A DNA stretch of 64,000 bases from Candidatus Coatesbacteria bacterium. GTDB taxonomy: Bacteria; JAFGND01. The position numbers and the translations under genes were made by a program. The stretch is taken from positions 1 through 64,000 of the forward strand of contig JAFGND010000034.1 in NCBI GenBank assembly GCA_016927185.1, read 5' to 3'. Positions within the stretch are counted from its first letter, which is position 1, and each line of letters starts with the position of its first letter. The notes below the pieces were generated by a model. That model did not search any database, was not told where the DNA came from, and saw nothing but the letters and a program-made list of their open reading frames with translations. This document shows, piece after piece, positions 8,743 to 18,199 of the stretch.

Positions 8743-11232
8743 ATGGATAAGAAAATGAAACCTGCAAAGAATTACAAAAGTCTGTCTCCAGAAAAACTCC
8801 GCTGGAAATGCCCATCGGATATCTTCAAGAAAAGCAAACCTTCCACTCCTCAGGGTTCTATATTCGGACAAGACAGGGCATTAGAAGCAATAAGATATGG
8901 ATTGGGAATGCCTCACTTTGGATATAATATTTTTGTTACAGGCTTGACTGGAACAGGAAGGACTACTACAATCAAGAGAATGCTTGAGGAAATCAAGCCA
9001 TTAAACAAGGATCTTGTAGATATAGCATATGTATATAATTTTTCTGATATTGATAAACCTCTGGTTTTGTATTTTCAAAAAGGCAAGGCACAAGTTTTCA
9101 AGGAAAGAATGAATCATCTGATAGAGGCATTAACACAAAAAATACCAGCCATTTTTGAAGATGACTCATTCAAGAATAAGCGAAATTCTATTGTTGAGAA
9201 ACTGCAGGAAAAGCAAAGACAGATATTCAAGGTTTTTGAACAAAATGTCAACAAAGCAGGTTTTCAGACAATCCAGGTTAAGATGGGACCCTATACCAGA
9301 CCTGATGTAGCACCTATAATTGATGAGAAAATCATATCCATGGAGGATCTGGAAGCAGTTTTAGAAGAAAAAAAGATAACTAAAGAGGAATATGAAAAAT
9401 ATAAAAGGGAATACAAGGAACTTGAAAAGCAAATGGAAATTGCATTTAAAAAGAACAGGGCAATAGAGCTTGAATTACGCGACAAGTTAAACAAGCTTAC
9501 AAGCGAGACTCTTAACAGACCTATTAAGTTCCTTGTAGATGAAGTAAGGGAAGGTTTTACAGACAAGAAAATATTGAACTTTCTCAAGATGGTTGAACAG
9601 AACATATCAAGAGAACCAAATAGATTTGCAGCTGCAAAGGAGGAAAGGAATCCAGACGGTTCTCCAAAACCTCCTGATCCTTTTCTTGAATATCAAGTGA
9701 ATATTATTGTAGATAACAGCGAAGTTACAGGCACGCCAATAATCATTGAAACAAATCCTTCATATCAGACTGTTTTCGGAAGCATAGAGAGAGTAATGGA
9801 CAGGAATGGAGTCTGGAGAACAGATTTCACGAAAATCACCTCTGGAAGTCTGCTGGCTGCCAATGGAGGTTATTTTGTGATCAATGCATTTGATTTGCTG
9901 GTAGAACCTGGAGTCTGGCCTACTCTCAAAAGAACTCTGAGAAACGAACAAGTTGAAATGCAGACATATGACCCCTTTTACCTTCTTACAACCTCGTCAA
10001 TTAAACCCGAACCTGTAAAGCTCGATATCAAAGTAGTAATAATAGGCGATATTTATATATATGAACTCCTTTATGACAATGATCCTGAATTCAGGAAAAT
10101 CTTTAAAGTCAGAGCAGATTTTGATACTGTAATGCCAAGAACCAGAAAGGAAATGAATTCCTATATAACATTTACCAAAAATCTCTGCAAGGAAGAGAAT
10201 CTCTTACCTTTCTCATCTGAAGCAATCGGGGCAGTAATGGAATATGGAGCCATGCTTGCTGGTGATCAGGAGAAACTGACAGCCAGATTTTCGAAAATTT
10301 CTGACTTAATCAGGTCTGCAAATTACTGGGCAAAACAGGAGAAAAGCAAGAGAGTTTATGCCAGGCATATTGTAAAAGCAAGCAAGGAACAGGAATACAG
10401 ATTAAACACCTGGCAGGTAAGATATGAATCCATGATTGAAAAGGGCATAATAATGATAGATACAAAGGGAGAAGAAATAGGTCAGCTTAACGGTCTTGCT
10501 GTATATGATTTCGGTGAATATTCATTTGGTTTACCTACAAGGATAACTGCAACAACTTCCATGGGAAAAAGTGGGATAGTAAATATTGAGAGAGAAGCAG
10601 GCATGAGCGGAAGAACTCATACAAAAGGTGTTCTAGTATTGACAGGATATTTACAGAGCCTTTTTGCACAAGACAAGCCGATTGCAATGAATGCTTCACT
10701 GTGTTTCGAGCAAAGTTACAGCGGTATAGATGGGGACAGTGCATCATCTACCGAAATCTACTGTCTGCTTTCTTCTCTTTCAGAAATCCCATTGAAACAA
10801 AACATTGCTGTTACGGGATCAATAAATCAAAAAGGTGAAATCCAGGCAATTGGCGGAGTAAACCAGAAGATAGAAGGTTTTTTCAGAATTTGCAAGGCAA
10901 GAGGTTTAAACGGAAAGCATGGAGTAATAATCCCGAGAAGCAACTTGAAAGAGTTAATGCTGAATGATGAAATTATTGAATCTGTCAAATCACAAAAATT
11001 CAGCATATTTGCAATTGACAGAGTTGAAGAAGGAATTGAGATACTAACTGGATATAAAGCAGGTTTCAGGCTTGAGAATAAAAGATTCGAAGAAGGAACA
11101 GTTTTCGAAGCAGTTGATAAAAAACTCAGGGAGTTCTTAGACCTCTGGAAAGAAGAAGCTGAGGAAAGGATAACCAAAAAAAAGACTGAGGTCAGCAGGA
11201 AAACCGCAAAATCTGGTAAAAAGGAAGATTAA
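8743..11232 (+). CDS. Lon-family ATP-dependent serine protease, LonC/LonB-like (AAA_32 + Lon_C)
   Basis: GQDRALEA, degenerate Walker A GLTGTGRTT, coiled-coil insert, GSLLAANGGY, catalytic GDSAS and GGVNQKIEGFF (Ser-Lys dyad). Confidence 0.9.
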   Translation: MDKKMKPAKNYKSLSPEKLRWKCPSDIFKKSKPSTPQGSIFGQDRALEAIRYGLGMPHFGYNIFVTGLTGTGRTTTIKRMLEEIKPLNKDLVDIAYVYNFSDIDKPLVLYFQKGKAQVFKERMNHLIEALTQKIPAIFEDDSFKNKRNSIVEKLQEKQRQIFKVFEQNVNKAGFQTIQVKMGPYTRPDVAPIIDEKIISMEDLEAVLEEKKITKEEYEKYKREYKELEKQMEIAFKKNRAIELELRDKLNKLTSETLNRPIKFLVDEVREGFTDKKILNFLKMVEQNISREPNRFAAAKEERNPDGSPKPPDPFLEYQVNIIVDNSEVTGTPIIIETNPSYQTVFGSIERVMDRNGVWRTDFTKITSGSLLAANGGYFVINAFDLLVEPGVWPTLKRTLRNEQVEMQTYDPFYLLTTSSIKPEPVKLDIKVVIIGDIYIYELLYDNDPEFRKIFKVRADFDTVMPRTRKEMNSYITFTKNLCKEENLLPFSSEAIGAVMEYGAMLAGDQEKLTARFSKISDLIRSANYWAKQEKSKRVYARHIVKASKEQEYRLNTWQVRYESMIEKGIIMIDTKGEEIGQLNGLAVYDFGEYSFGLPTRITATTSMGKSGIVNIEREAGMSGRTHTKGVLVLTGYLQSLFAQDKPIAMNASLCFEQSYSGIDGDSASSTEIYCLLSSLSEIPLKQNIAVTGSINQKGEIQAIGGVNQKIEGFFRICKARGLNGKHGVIIPRSNLKELMLNDEIIESVKSQKFSIFAIDRVEEGIEILTGYKAGFRLENKRFEEGTVFEAVDKKLREFLDLWKEEAEERITKKKTEVSRKTAKSGKKED

Positions 11233-11238
11233 GATAAT

Positions 11239-12258
11239 ATGTACAGAAATCTATTCTTGATACTTGCGATATTGTTTTCTCTGTTATCTTCTGAAAACCT
11301 GTATGCAAAGAAAAGTAAAAAAAATAACAAGAACAGAAAGGAAAAGAAGAAAAAGGAATCTACCAGAATCCCCTTTCTTTACTGGTACACATGGACTAAA
11401 GCTGATAATCTTGGTAATGTAGCAAAGATTTTTTCAGTGAAACCTGAACAGATAAAGGCATGGAATAAGGAGCAGGGATTCCCTTTCAAACCAGAAACAA
11501 AAATAATAATCTATGCTCCAAACAAGGTATACAGGACGCTGAAACAGAAATATATAATTCCATCCAAAATGGAATTTGATGAAATTGCCAAAAATATTAA
11601 AACTAGTGTGGAAAACATAAAGAAATGGAATCCCAAACTGAAAAGTCCTGTCAAATCAGGGGTTACAGTAATTTATTACAGGAAAATCGGTTTCGATGAA
11701 AGCAGAGCAGAAGGAACACCATCAAATGGTAAACTTATAGGTGGTGTCCAGTTGCCTGAAAGAAAGGGATGGTATATTAGAAGAACACCAGAACAGGAAT
11801 ATGGAACAGAAAGTACCATTAGATTAATAATTGCAGCTTTTTCAAGATACAGAAACAAGGTTGAAAAATCTCCTCCAATATTAATTGGACATATTTCTAG
11901 TAAAGAGGGAGGATACCTTTCTCCACATCAATCTCATCAGAATGGTCTTGACATAGATATAGGATATGTTCCAAATACCAATAAACCTCTAGAAGGATTC
12001 ATTGAAATGAATGAAAAAAATATGGATATTGAAAAAACCTGGCACTTGATCTTCTCTTTTTTGAAGGAAGGCAGAGTGCAGTATATTTTCATGAAAGATT
12101 CTTTACAAAAACTTCTTTATGAGCATGCCATAGACAAAGAAAAGGTTTCCAGAACATATCTTAACAAGGTATTCCAGTATCCTAATGGAAACTCAGAGGC
12201 TATAATAAAACATACACCTGGACATGGAAATCATTTTCATGTTAGGTTTTTACCATAG
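11239..12258 (+). CDS. Secreted LysM-like + penicillin-insensitive murein endopeptidase (MepA-like) protein
   Basis: Signal peptide; two LysM-like repeats (DNL..VAKIF.V....IKAWN; IAKNI...V..IKKWNP); G.L.GG..LP, HQSHQNGLDID and terminal H.NHFHVR Zn-ligand motifs. Confidence 0.8.
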   Translation: MYRNLFLILAILFSLLSSENLYAKKSKKNNKNRKEKKKKESTRIPFLYWYTWTKADNLGNVAKIFSVKPEQIKAWNKEQGFPFKPETKIIIYAPNKVYRTLKQKYIIPSKMEFDEIAKNIKTSVENIKKWNPKLKSPVKSGVTVIYYRKIGFDESRAEGTPSNGKLIGGVQLPERKGWYIRRTPEQEYGTESTIRLIIAAFSRYRNKVEKSPPILIGHISSKEGGYLSPHQSHQNGLDIDIGYVPNTNKPLEGFIEMNEKNMDIEKTWHLIFSFLKEGRVQYIFMKDSLQKLLYEHAIDKEKVSRTYLNKVFQYPNGNSEAIIKHTPGHGNHFHVRFLP

Positions 12259-12264
12259 ACAACT

Positions 12265-13695
12265 ATGAAAAAACTAGTTCTAATCATACTGATTATTCTG
12301 ATACCAATCAGTTATCTTTTATATAAGAAATTCAGGCAATGCAGAAATAATTATAATCTTCTGATTATTACGCTTGATACTACAAGATTTGACTATCTAG
12401 GCTATTCAAATCATAAATGGATACAGACTCCATATATTGACAGCCTTGCAAGAAGAGGTATTGTATTTACAAACGCTTTTTCAGTAAGTAACCAGACAGC
12501 TCCCGCTCATTATTCACTTTTTTCTGGAGTGACTCCTGTAGTCCACGGGATAAGAACTAATATCAACAAACCTTATGAAGAGTTCAAACTTCCAACCCTT
12601 GCAGAAATTCTCAAGAAATCAGGTAACTATCAAACCATTGCATACTTCCAGGGACCTTTTACACTCAAAGATCCTTATAAAATACTTAACGGCTTTTTGT
12701 TTAAAAATCAACCACCATCTTATCTGAAACAAATGCCTGAATTTAAAAGATTTAGTGTGCAGGATACTCTTTTGACAACTTCAGCAATAGAAGCAATGGG
12801 AAGAAACAAGAACCATAATTGGTTCTTGTGGCTACACTACTGGATACCTCATGCACCATACTTTGCAGATGAAACAGAGAAAAGCAAGTATGCAGAATAT
12901 TATCCTTCAAGAGACTGGTGGGATTACATCAGATTTATGGGAATAAAACAAGAGGAATATCTTGATAAGGAATATTTGATTGTAAGACCACCTTATTTGA
13001 CTATTGACGGCAGTGATAAAGGAGAGATAGGTTTTTCAGATGAAAATAAAAGAAATCTTCAGAATCTCTATGCCATGCAGATTCCTTCCATGGATAGCCA
13101 GTTGGGAAGATTGTTCGATTATCTCAAGAAAAACAAGCTTTTTGAGAAAACAATAATAGTAATAGTGGCAGATCATGGTGAGGAACTTATGGATAGAACT
13201 TCAAGATATGGTCATGGCAGAAATCTTTATGATACTTCACTACATATTCCATTGATAATTATCGACCCTAGATTCAAGGGAAAGAGCAGGAAGATTGATA
13301 ATCTGGTCAGAATTATTGATATATTCCCTACTGTACTTGATTTACTTAAGATTGAAGATCCAATAAAAGAGGCAAGGGAAGGGATTTCACTTGTACCATT
13401 GATAAATGGAACAGGAGCAGGACCGCTTTCGCTTAAGGCAATTTTCAAGAAAGAGAATCTCGCTTATAGAGACGCTCAATGGAAATATATATGGAATTCT
13501 GAGGGTAGCAAGAAACATGAGTTATATGATATAAGGAAAGATCCATTCGAGAAAAAGGATTTATCCATGGATAACAAGGAATTAGTTGATAAATTAAACA
13601 AGATTCTGATAGAGTGGAACAAGAAAGGATACAGTCAAGTTATTACTGACAAGGAGCACTTGAAGAAATTGAAGTCACTTGGATATATAAACTGA
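12265..13695 (+). CDS. Membrane-anchored sulfatase-like hydrolase/phosphotransferase (alkaline phosphatase superfamily)
   Basis: N-terminal TM; LIITLDTTR.D, T-A-P-A-H at the nucleophile position, HY..PHAPY, ADHGE, HG..LY, ELYDI..DP.E, LKSLGY. Confidence 0.85.
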   Translation: MKKLVLIILIILIPISYLLYKKFRQCRNNYNLLIITLDTTRFDYLGYSNHKWIQTPYIDSLARRGIVFTNAFSVSNQTAPAHYSLFSGVTPVVHGIRTNINKPYEEFKLPTLAEILKKSGNYQTIAYFQGPFTLKDPYKILNGFLFKNQPPSYLKQMPEFKRFSVQDTLLTTSAIEAMGRNKNHNWFLWLHYWIPHAPYFADETEKSKYAEYYPSRDWWDYIRFMGIKQEEYLDKEYLIVRPPYLTIDGSDKGEIGFSDENKRNLQNLYAMQIPSMDSQLGRLFDYLKKNKLFEKTIIVIVADHGEELMDRTSRYGHGRNLYDTSLHIPLIIIDPRFKGKSRKIDNLVRIIDIFPTVLDLLKIEDPIKEAREGISLVPLINGTGAGPLSLKAIFKKENLAYRDAQWKYIWNSEGSKKHELYDIRKDPFEKKDLSMDNKELVDKLNKILIEWNKKGYSQVITDKEHLKKLKSLGYIN

Positions 13696-15011
13696 TGGGA
13701 AAAAAAGAACTATACGTTGACTTGTTAATAATCACAGTGTTAACAATAACAGTCATTGCTTTTGCTGTATTGTTTCAAAAACATATAGAATCATACAATG
13801 GAAAAGGTCATGATGGATCTTTTTATTACCAGATGGCAAGGCACATGAGTGAATACCATAGACCTTTCACTTCCAAACCTTTTATATACAATGTTGCTAT
13901 TCCTTTTATTTCAGCTATGTTTTTCCGGATTGGAATAACTGATAATCTTTTGTCAGCTTTCAAGTTTGTTAATGTCCTTGCATCAATAATATCTATTTTC
14001 CTTTTATATATATGGCTAAATCTATGGGAAATAAAGAGATTCTGGAAATTATTACTGGTATCGCTATTCATTTTCAGCTGGCTTGCTCCATTGAGAATGT
14101 CGTTTTGTTTTCCTGCACATACTGATCCTGGGGCCTGGGTTTTCATCCTGGGAATTCTCATACTGATAAAGATAGACAAGCCATATATGTGGCTTTTAAT
14201 TTCACTTGCCTCTTTCGCTGGAGCATTTGTAAGAATGGCTTCAATAATACTTTTGCCTTTGGTATATATAATAGAAAGCACCAAAACAAACGGAAAATAC
14301 AGGATACCATCAATAAAAGCATTTATTCCTTTGATTTCCTGCCTTCTAGGCTTCTTTATTCTTCAATTTCTTATTTTCAAGGCTGAAGGTTTTTCATTAT
14401 TCAACACTTCCATTCACTGGATTTTCGTAAAACCTCTTTCAAAAGTAGCATTTACCCCATTTTATGCTTTTGGTCCAATTATATTTCTGCTTTTTCTTGA
14501 TTCAGAAACAGTTAAAAGCTTCATGAAAGAGAATATTGCTCTTTCATTTTATCTGTTAACCATTGTTTTTTTATCATATATTGGAGGCAGTGCAGGAACA
14601 AGACTAATATACTTCGCATTGCCAGTAGTTGCTGTCATCCTTGGGCTGATCCTCTCAGGCAACAAGATAAAACTGGATACTCCCATTATAATCTTCCTCC
14701 TTTTTTCTCAGTCACTTAGTATGAGGGTATTTGCTCCAATACCTGTAGCAAAATCTTCTGAAGAAGAAGTCGTTAATAATCCAGAAATAAAAACTGCCCC
14801 GAGATTCTCCCTGGAACCACCCAGGCAGGCAGACAAACCTTTGATTTTGTCACCCCTGACTCCCTTGAGTAGTAAAGCCTGTTTTCTTGATATGTATGCT
14901 GATCATGCAAGTAAGAAAATTTTCTTCCAGAACATGTTGTTTTATTTGTTGATTGGCAGCATATTAATATTATATATAAAATTCAAAAATGAAAAAAAAA
15001 CTGATTGTTGA
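13695..15011 (+). CDS. Polytopic membrane protein, possible GT-C-fold glycosyltransferase (paralog 1)
   Basis: About 10-11 hydrophobic segments; first loop G.DG.FYYQMA....RP...KPFIY; clear paralog of the next gene. Confidence 0.55.
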   Translation: MGKKELYVDLLIITVLTITVIAFAVLFQKHIESYNGKGHDGSFYYQMARHMSEYHRPFTSKPFIYNVAIPFISAMFFRIGITDNLLSAFKFVNVLASIISIFLLYIWLNLWEIKRFWKLLLVSLFIFSWLAPLRMSFCFPAHTDPGAWVFILGILILIKIDKPYMWLLISLASFAGAFVRMASIILLPLVYIIESTKTNGKYRIPSIKAFIPLISCLLGFFILQFLIFKAEGFSLFNTSIHWIFVKPLSKVAFTPFYAFGPIIFLLFLDSETVKSFMKENIALSFYLLTIVFLSYIGGSAGTRLIYFALPVVAVILGLILSGNKIKLDTPIIIFLLFSQSLSMRVFAPIPVAKSSEEEVVNNPEIKTAPRFSLEPPRQADKPLILSPLTPLSSKACFLDMYADHASKKIFFQNMLFYLLIGSILILYIKFKNEKKTDC

Positions 15012-16254
15012 TTTAGTTATAATCTCAGCTGTTCTGATTCTTATAGAATTTACATGTTTTCTTACACAAGACAGACTGGAAGAAGATAATGGTTTGGGAA
15101 ATGATGGAAAATTCTACTATCAGATGGCCAGTAGTCTTAGCGAATTGCACAGACCTGTAAGCCAGAAACCTTTCATTTACAGACCTGCTATACCTGCAAT
15201 TGTTGGTCTATCTGTTAAATCTGGCTTAACAAGTGATTTACTGAAGACTTTTCTTCTTGCAAATACTCTATTCTCAGTCTTATCAGTTTTTGTTCTTTAT
15301 CTTCTTTTGAAATCATTTTCTTTGAAAAGGATATGGTTAATTGCTATAACATCTATATATGCATTGAATTATCTTTCCCCGATAAGAATGACCTGGTGCA
15401 ACCCAACTCACATTGACTCTGGATCTATGTTTTTCATAATTCTATTGTTCTGGATTATGAATTTAAAAGGCAGCAGAATTTTCATCTATTTCAGCATTAT
15501 TAGTTTCATTGCTGTTTTTTTCAGGGGACTTGATATAGCTCTTGTTTCAATTGTCTATTATCTGCAAAAAAGGGAATCATTTACCAGATCAATAGTTCCT
15601 TTTTTATCAAGTATTTCAGCTTATATTGTAATGCAGTTTCTGGTAATTCCATCTGGAGAATTCTCAATAATAAAGGTCATGATTCACTGGGCTCTTGTTA
15701 AACCTTTATTGGGGACTGTTTTAAGCTTGTTTACTGCCTATGGAACAGTATTATTCATAATCCTGTTTGACCATGGATTTTCTAGAAAATTCCTGAAAGA
15801 CAATAAAGGTTACCTTTTTTTTATTGTCATATGCTTTCTTTCATCCTGGATTGGAGGAAATGCATCAGCAAGATTGTTTTACTTCAGCCTTCCAGTTGTT
15901 TTAGTAATGATAGCTAAATCCTTAAATGATAATAGATTAAAACTGAAAACACCTGCCCTGATATTAATCGGAATTACACAATTACTTAGCATGAGAGTCT
16001 TTTTCACAATCCCTGTAAGAAACCAGATCACTCAAAGATTATTCTTGCCTGATATTCAAAAATCGATAGATGAGAAATTTATACTTACCATTTTTACCCC
16101 TCTCAGCAATGATATAGCTTATCTAGATCTCTCTCCATTACACGCTCAACCCAATATAATAATTCAATACCTGCTGAGTTACTTGATATTTGGATTGTTC
16201 TTTTATTACTTTTTTATCAGGAATCAGGGAACCCTCCATAATATGACAGATTGA
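14989..16254 (+). CDS. Polytopic membrane protein, possible GT-C-fold glycosyltransferase (paralog 2)
   Basis: Shares GNDGKFYYQMA..HRP...KPFIY, P.R...P.H.D, IHW..VKPL, IGG....RL.YF.LPVV and SMRVF with the upstream gene. Confidence 0.55.
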   Translation: MKKKLIVDLVIISAVLILIEFTCFLTQDRLEEDNGLGNDGKFYYQMASSLSELHRPVSQKPFIYRPAIPAIVGLSVKSGLTSDLLKTFLLANTLFSVLSVFVLYLLLKSFSLKRIWLIAITSIYALNYLSPIRMTWCNPTHIDSGSMFFIILLFWIMNLKGSRIFIYFSIISFIAVFFRGLDIALVSIVYYLQKRESFTRSIVPFLSSISAYIVMQFLVIPSGEFSIIKVMIHWALVKPLLGTVLSLFTAYGTVLFIILFDHGFSRKFLKDNKGYLFFIVICFLSSWIGGNASARLFYFSLPVVLVMIAKSLNDNRLKLKTPALILIGITQLLSMRVFFTIPVRNQITQRLFLPDIQKSIDEKFILTIFTPLSNDIAYLDLSPLHAQPNIIIQYLLSYLIFGLFFYYFFIRNQGTLHNMTD

Positions 16255-17213
16255 TCTTCACTTCCCGAAATTATATATTTGCCATCAAGGCTGAAATCTA
16301 GTGCCCAGACTCTGCCATTATGTCCTCTGAAGGTGTACACACAAGAACCATCTGATATTCTCCAGTATTTGACAAGATCATCTGAGCTTCCAGTCAGGAA
16401 GTACTTTCCATCAGGGCTTAAGGATATACATCTAACGCCTCTTGTATGACCAGTAAATGTCCTGAGGCAAATCCCACTTGTCAAATCCCATTCCTTTATA
16501 GTCTGATCACTTGATGCAGAATATGCTTTCTTTCCATCATAAGTAATTACTACGCCTCTGATTACCTGTTCATGACCTTTCAAGGTCTGAAGACAAGCTC
16601 CATCATAAAGCCTCCAGTACTTTATATTAAAATCTGCTGATCCTGTTAACGTATAATTAGCTGTCAAGTCCATGGCAACACATGAAATACCATTCTGATG
16701 ACCTTTCAAGGTTTTTATGATACTCCCATCTTCTATTCTGAAGAATACTGCAGTCGTATCAGTAGAGCCTGAAAACACATATCTTCCATTCCAGCTTATT
16801 ACAGCAGATAATACGCTTCCTGAATGTACATGATAATCATGAACTAACTCACCTGTTTGCAGATCCCAGTATTTCATTTTCTGAGATGCACCTCCGGAAA
16901 GTAGATAATTACCGTCTGGACTTAGAGCTATTGTATGAATCATGTCATCATCCCAGAGGATCCTCCGGTATGAACCATCATTTACATCAAATTCAACTAT
17001 GCTATAATCAAGGCTTGCTGAAATGGCTGTTCTACCATCTCTATTGAAGCAAACTCCATGAATATCATTGCTATGATTGTAAAACAATGACACAAATTGT
17101 GGATCAGTGCATCTGAAATACTTCTCTCTTTCAGTGTTTTCATTCTCCTGAGGACTGCCATCATCGCATGAAAGAAGAAGCAATAGTGGAAGAATGAATA
17201 ATAAAATCTTCAT
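16224..17213 (-). CDS. WD40-repeat lipoprotein
   Basis: Lipobox LLSC; seven GH...SGS.D..VKYW repeats. Confidence 0.9.
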   Translation of the reverse strand: MKILLFILPLLLLLSCDDGSPQENENTEREKYFRCTDPQFVSLFYNHSNDIHGVCFNRDGRTAISASLDYSIVEFDVNDGSYRRILWDDDMIHTIALSPDGNYLLSGGASQKMKYWDLQTGELVHDYHVHSGSVLSAVISWNGRYVFSGSTDTTAVFFRIEDGSIIKTLKGHQNGISCVAMDLTANYTLTGSADFNIKYWRLYDGACLQTLKGHEQVIRGVVITYDGKKAYSASSDQTIKEWDLTSGICLRTFTGHTRGVRCISLSPDGKYFLTGSSDDLVKYWRISDGSCVYTFRGHNGRVWALDFSLDGKYIISGSEDQSVILWRVP

Positions 17214-17259
17214 TCATGCCAGCAAACTAAATAAAAGCAGTTATGTCAAGAACTGAAGT

Positions 17260-17844
17260 CTAAAATCCAAGCAAGTTTACAGATGCAGAAACAGAAAAGG
17301 TCTGGGTTTTTAATTTAGGGTTTCCAGTATCAGAAGTCAAATTGTTATATTTAAGAGATAAATCTACTGACCAGTGCCTTGAAAACTCATATCCGATTCC
17401 AGTAAAAGCCCCGAATCCTTTCTGATCCTTGCAATCTTTTGCTTCCCATGCAGAAAAACCTATCCCTCCTGAAAAAAATAGCGATGGTGAACTTTCCTTA
17501 AGATAATAACTCGCCCCGAATGACAATAAATCATCAAAAGTGAAAACCTCATCGCCATTTTCGCTTTTTGCTTTAACAACATTCTCTTTGTCATTGAAAT
17601 ATAGAAGGAGTTTATTTGAAGGAGCATAACCAATAATGAAACTCATATAGATGCTGTACTTAAGTTCCTTGTTTTCTTCTCTTTGAGATGTTTCATCAAA
17701 TTCCATTCTGTAATTCGTTAATCCAGGACCAAATCCCCCACCAAGAATAAAACCTTCCCTGCGATTATCCCAGCCATATGAGATACCTACTGGAACAAGC
17801 AGGATCATTATTAGTATATATTTCTTGATTTCAATGTAAAACAT
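17260..17844 (-). CDS. Outer-membrane beta-barrel protein (8-stranded, OmpA/OmpW-like)
   Basis: Signal peptide, alternating amphipathic strands, GIGYEF motif, C-terminal Phe. Confidence 0.7.
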   Translation of the reverse strand: MFYIEIKKYILIMILLVPVGISYGWDNRREGFILGGGFGPGLTNYRMEFDETSQREENKELKYSIYMSFIIGYAPSNKLLLYFNDKENVVKAKSENGDEVFTFDDLLSFGASYYLKESSPSLFFSGGIGFSAWEAKDCKDQKGFGAFTGIGYEFSRHWSVDLSLKYNNLTSDTGNPKLKTQTFSVSASVNLLGF

Positions 17845-17997
17845 CTAAATCTCCCTTCTTGAAATCTGTTTTTATTATGATTATTTGACGGAAAAATCCA
17901 GAAAATTGTAAAAATGGAAGCATAGCTATTTCACTTGACTATAAAATTGGTATCTGGGAAACAGGCAAAGTGTTAACGTTATTTATAGGAAGCCATT

Positions 17998-18198
17998 ATG
18001 AGACCAAAACAGAGATTCACAAAGACATACAAATTACAGGAAGGGATATCAGGAACACTCCAAAATATTTATCTTGTTCCAGAGATAACAAATATAAAGA
18101 GAATTGAAATCCTGAAAACTGAATGGCTTATTTTGCAACAAATTATAGATAAATTTGAAGGTAAGATAACAAAAATCTTGCCATCAGAAGAAGGTTAA
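17998..18198 (+). CDS. Small hypothetical protein (66 aa), first gene of the ParB-TPR operon
   Basis: ATG preceded by AGGAAG; stop abuts the next start at 18200; fills an otherwise empty gap. Confidence 0.5.
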   Translation: MRPKQRFTKTYKLQEGISGTLQNIYLVPEITNIKRIEILKTEWLILQQIIDKFEGKITKILPSEEG

Positions 18199-18199
18199 A

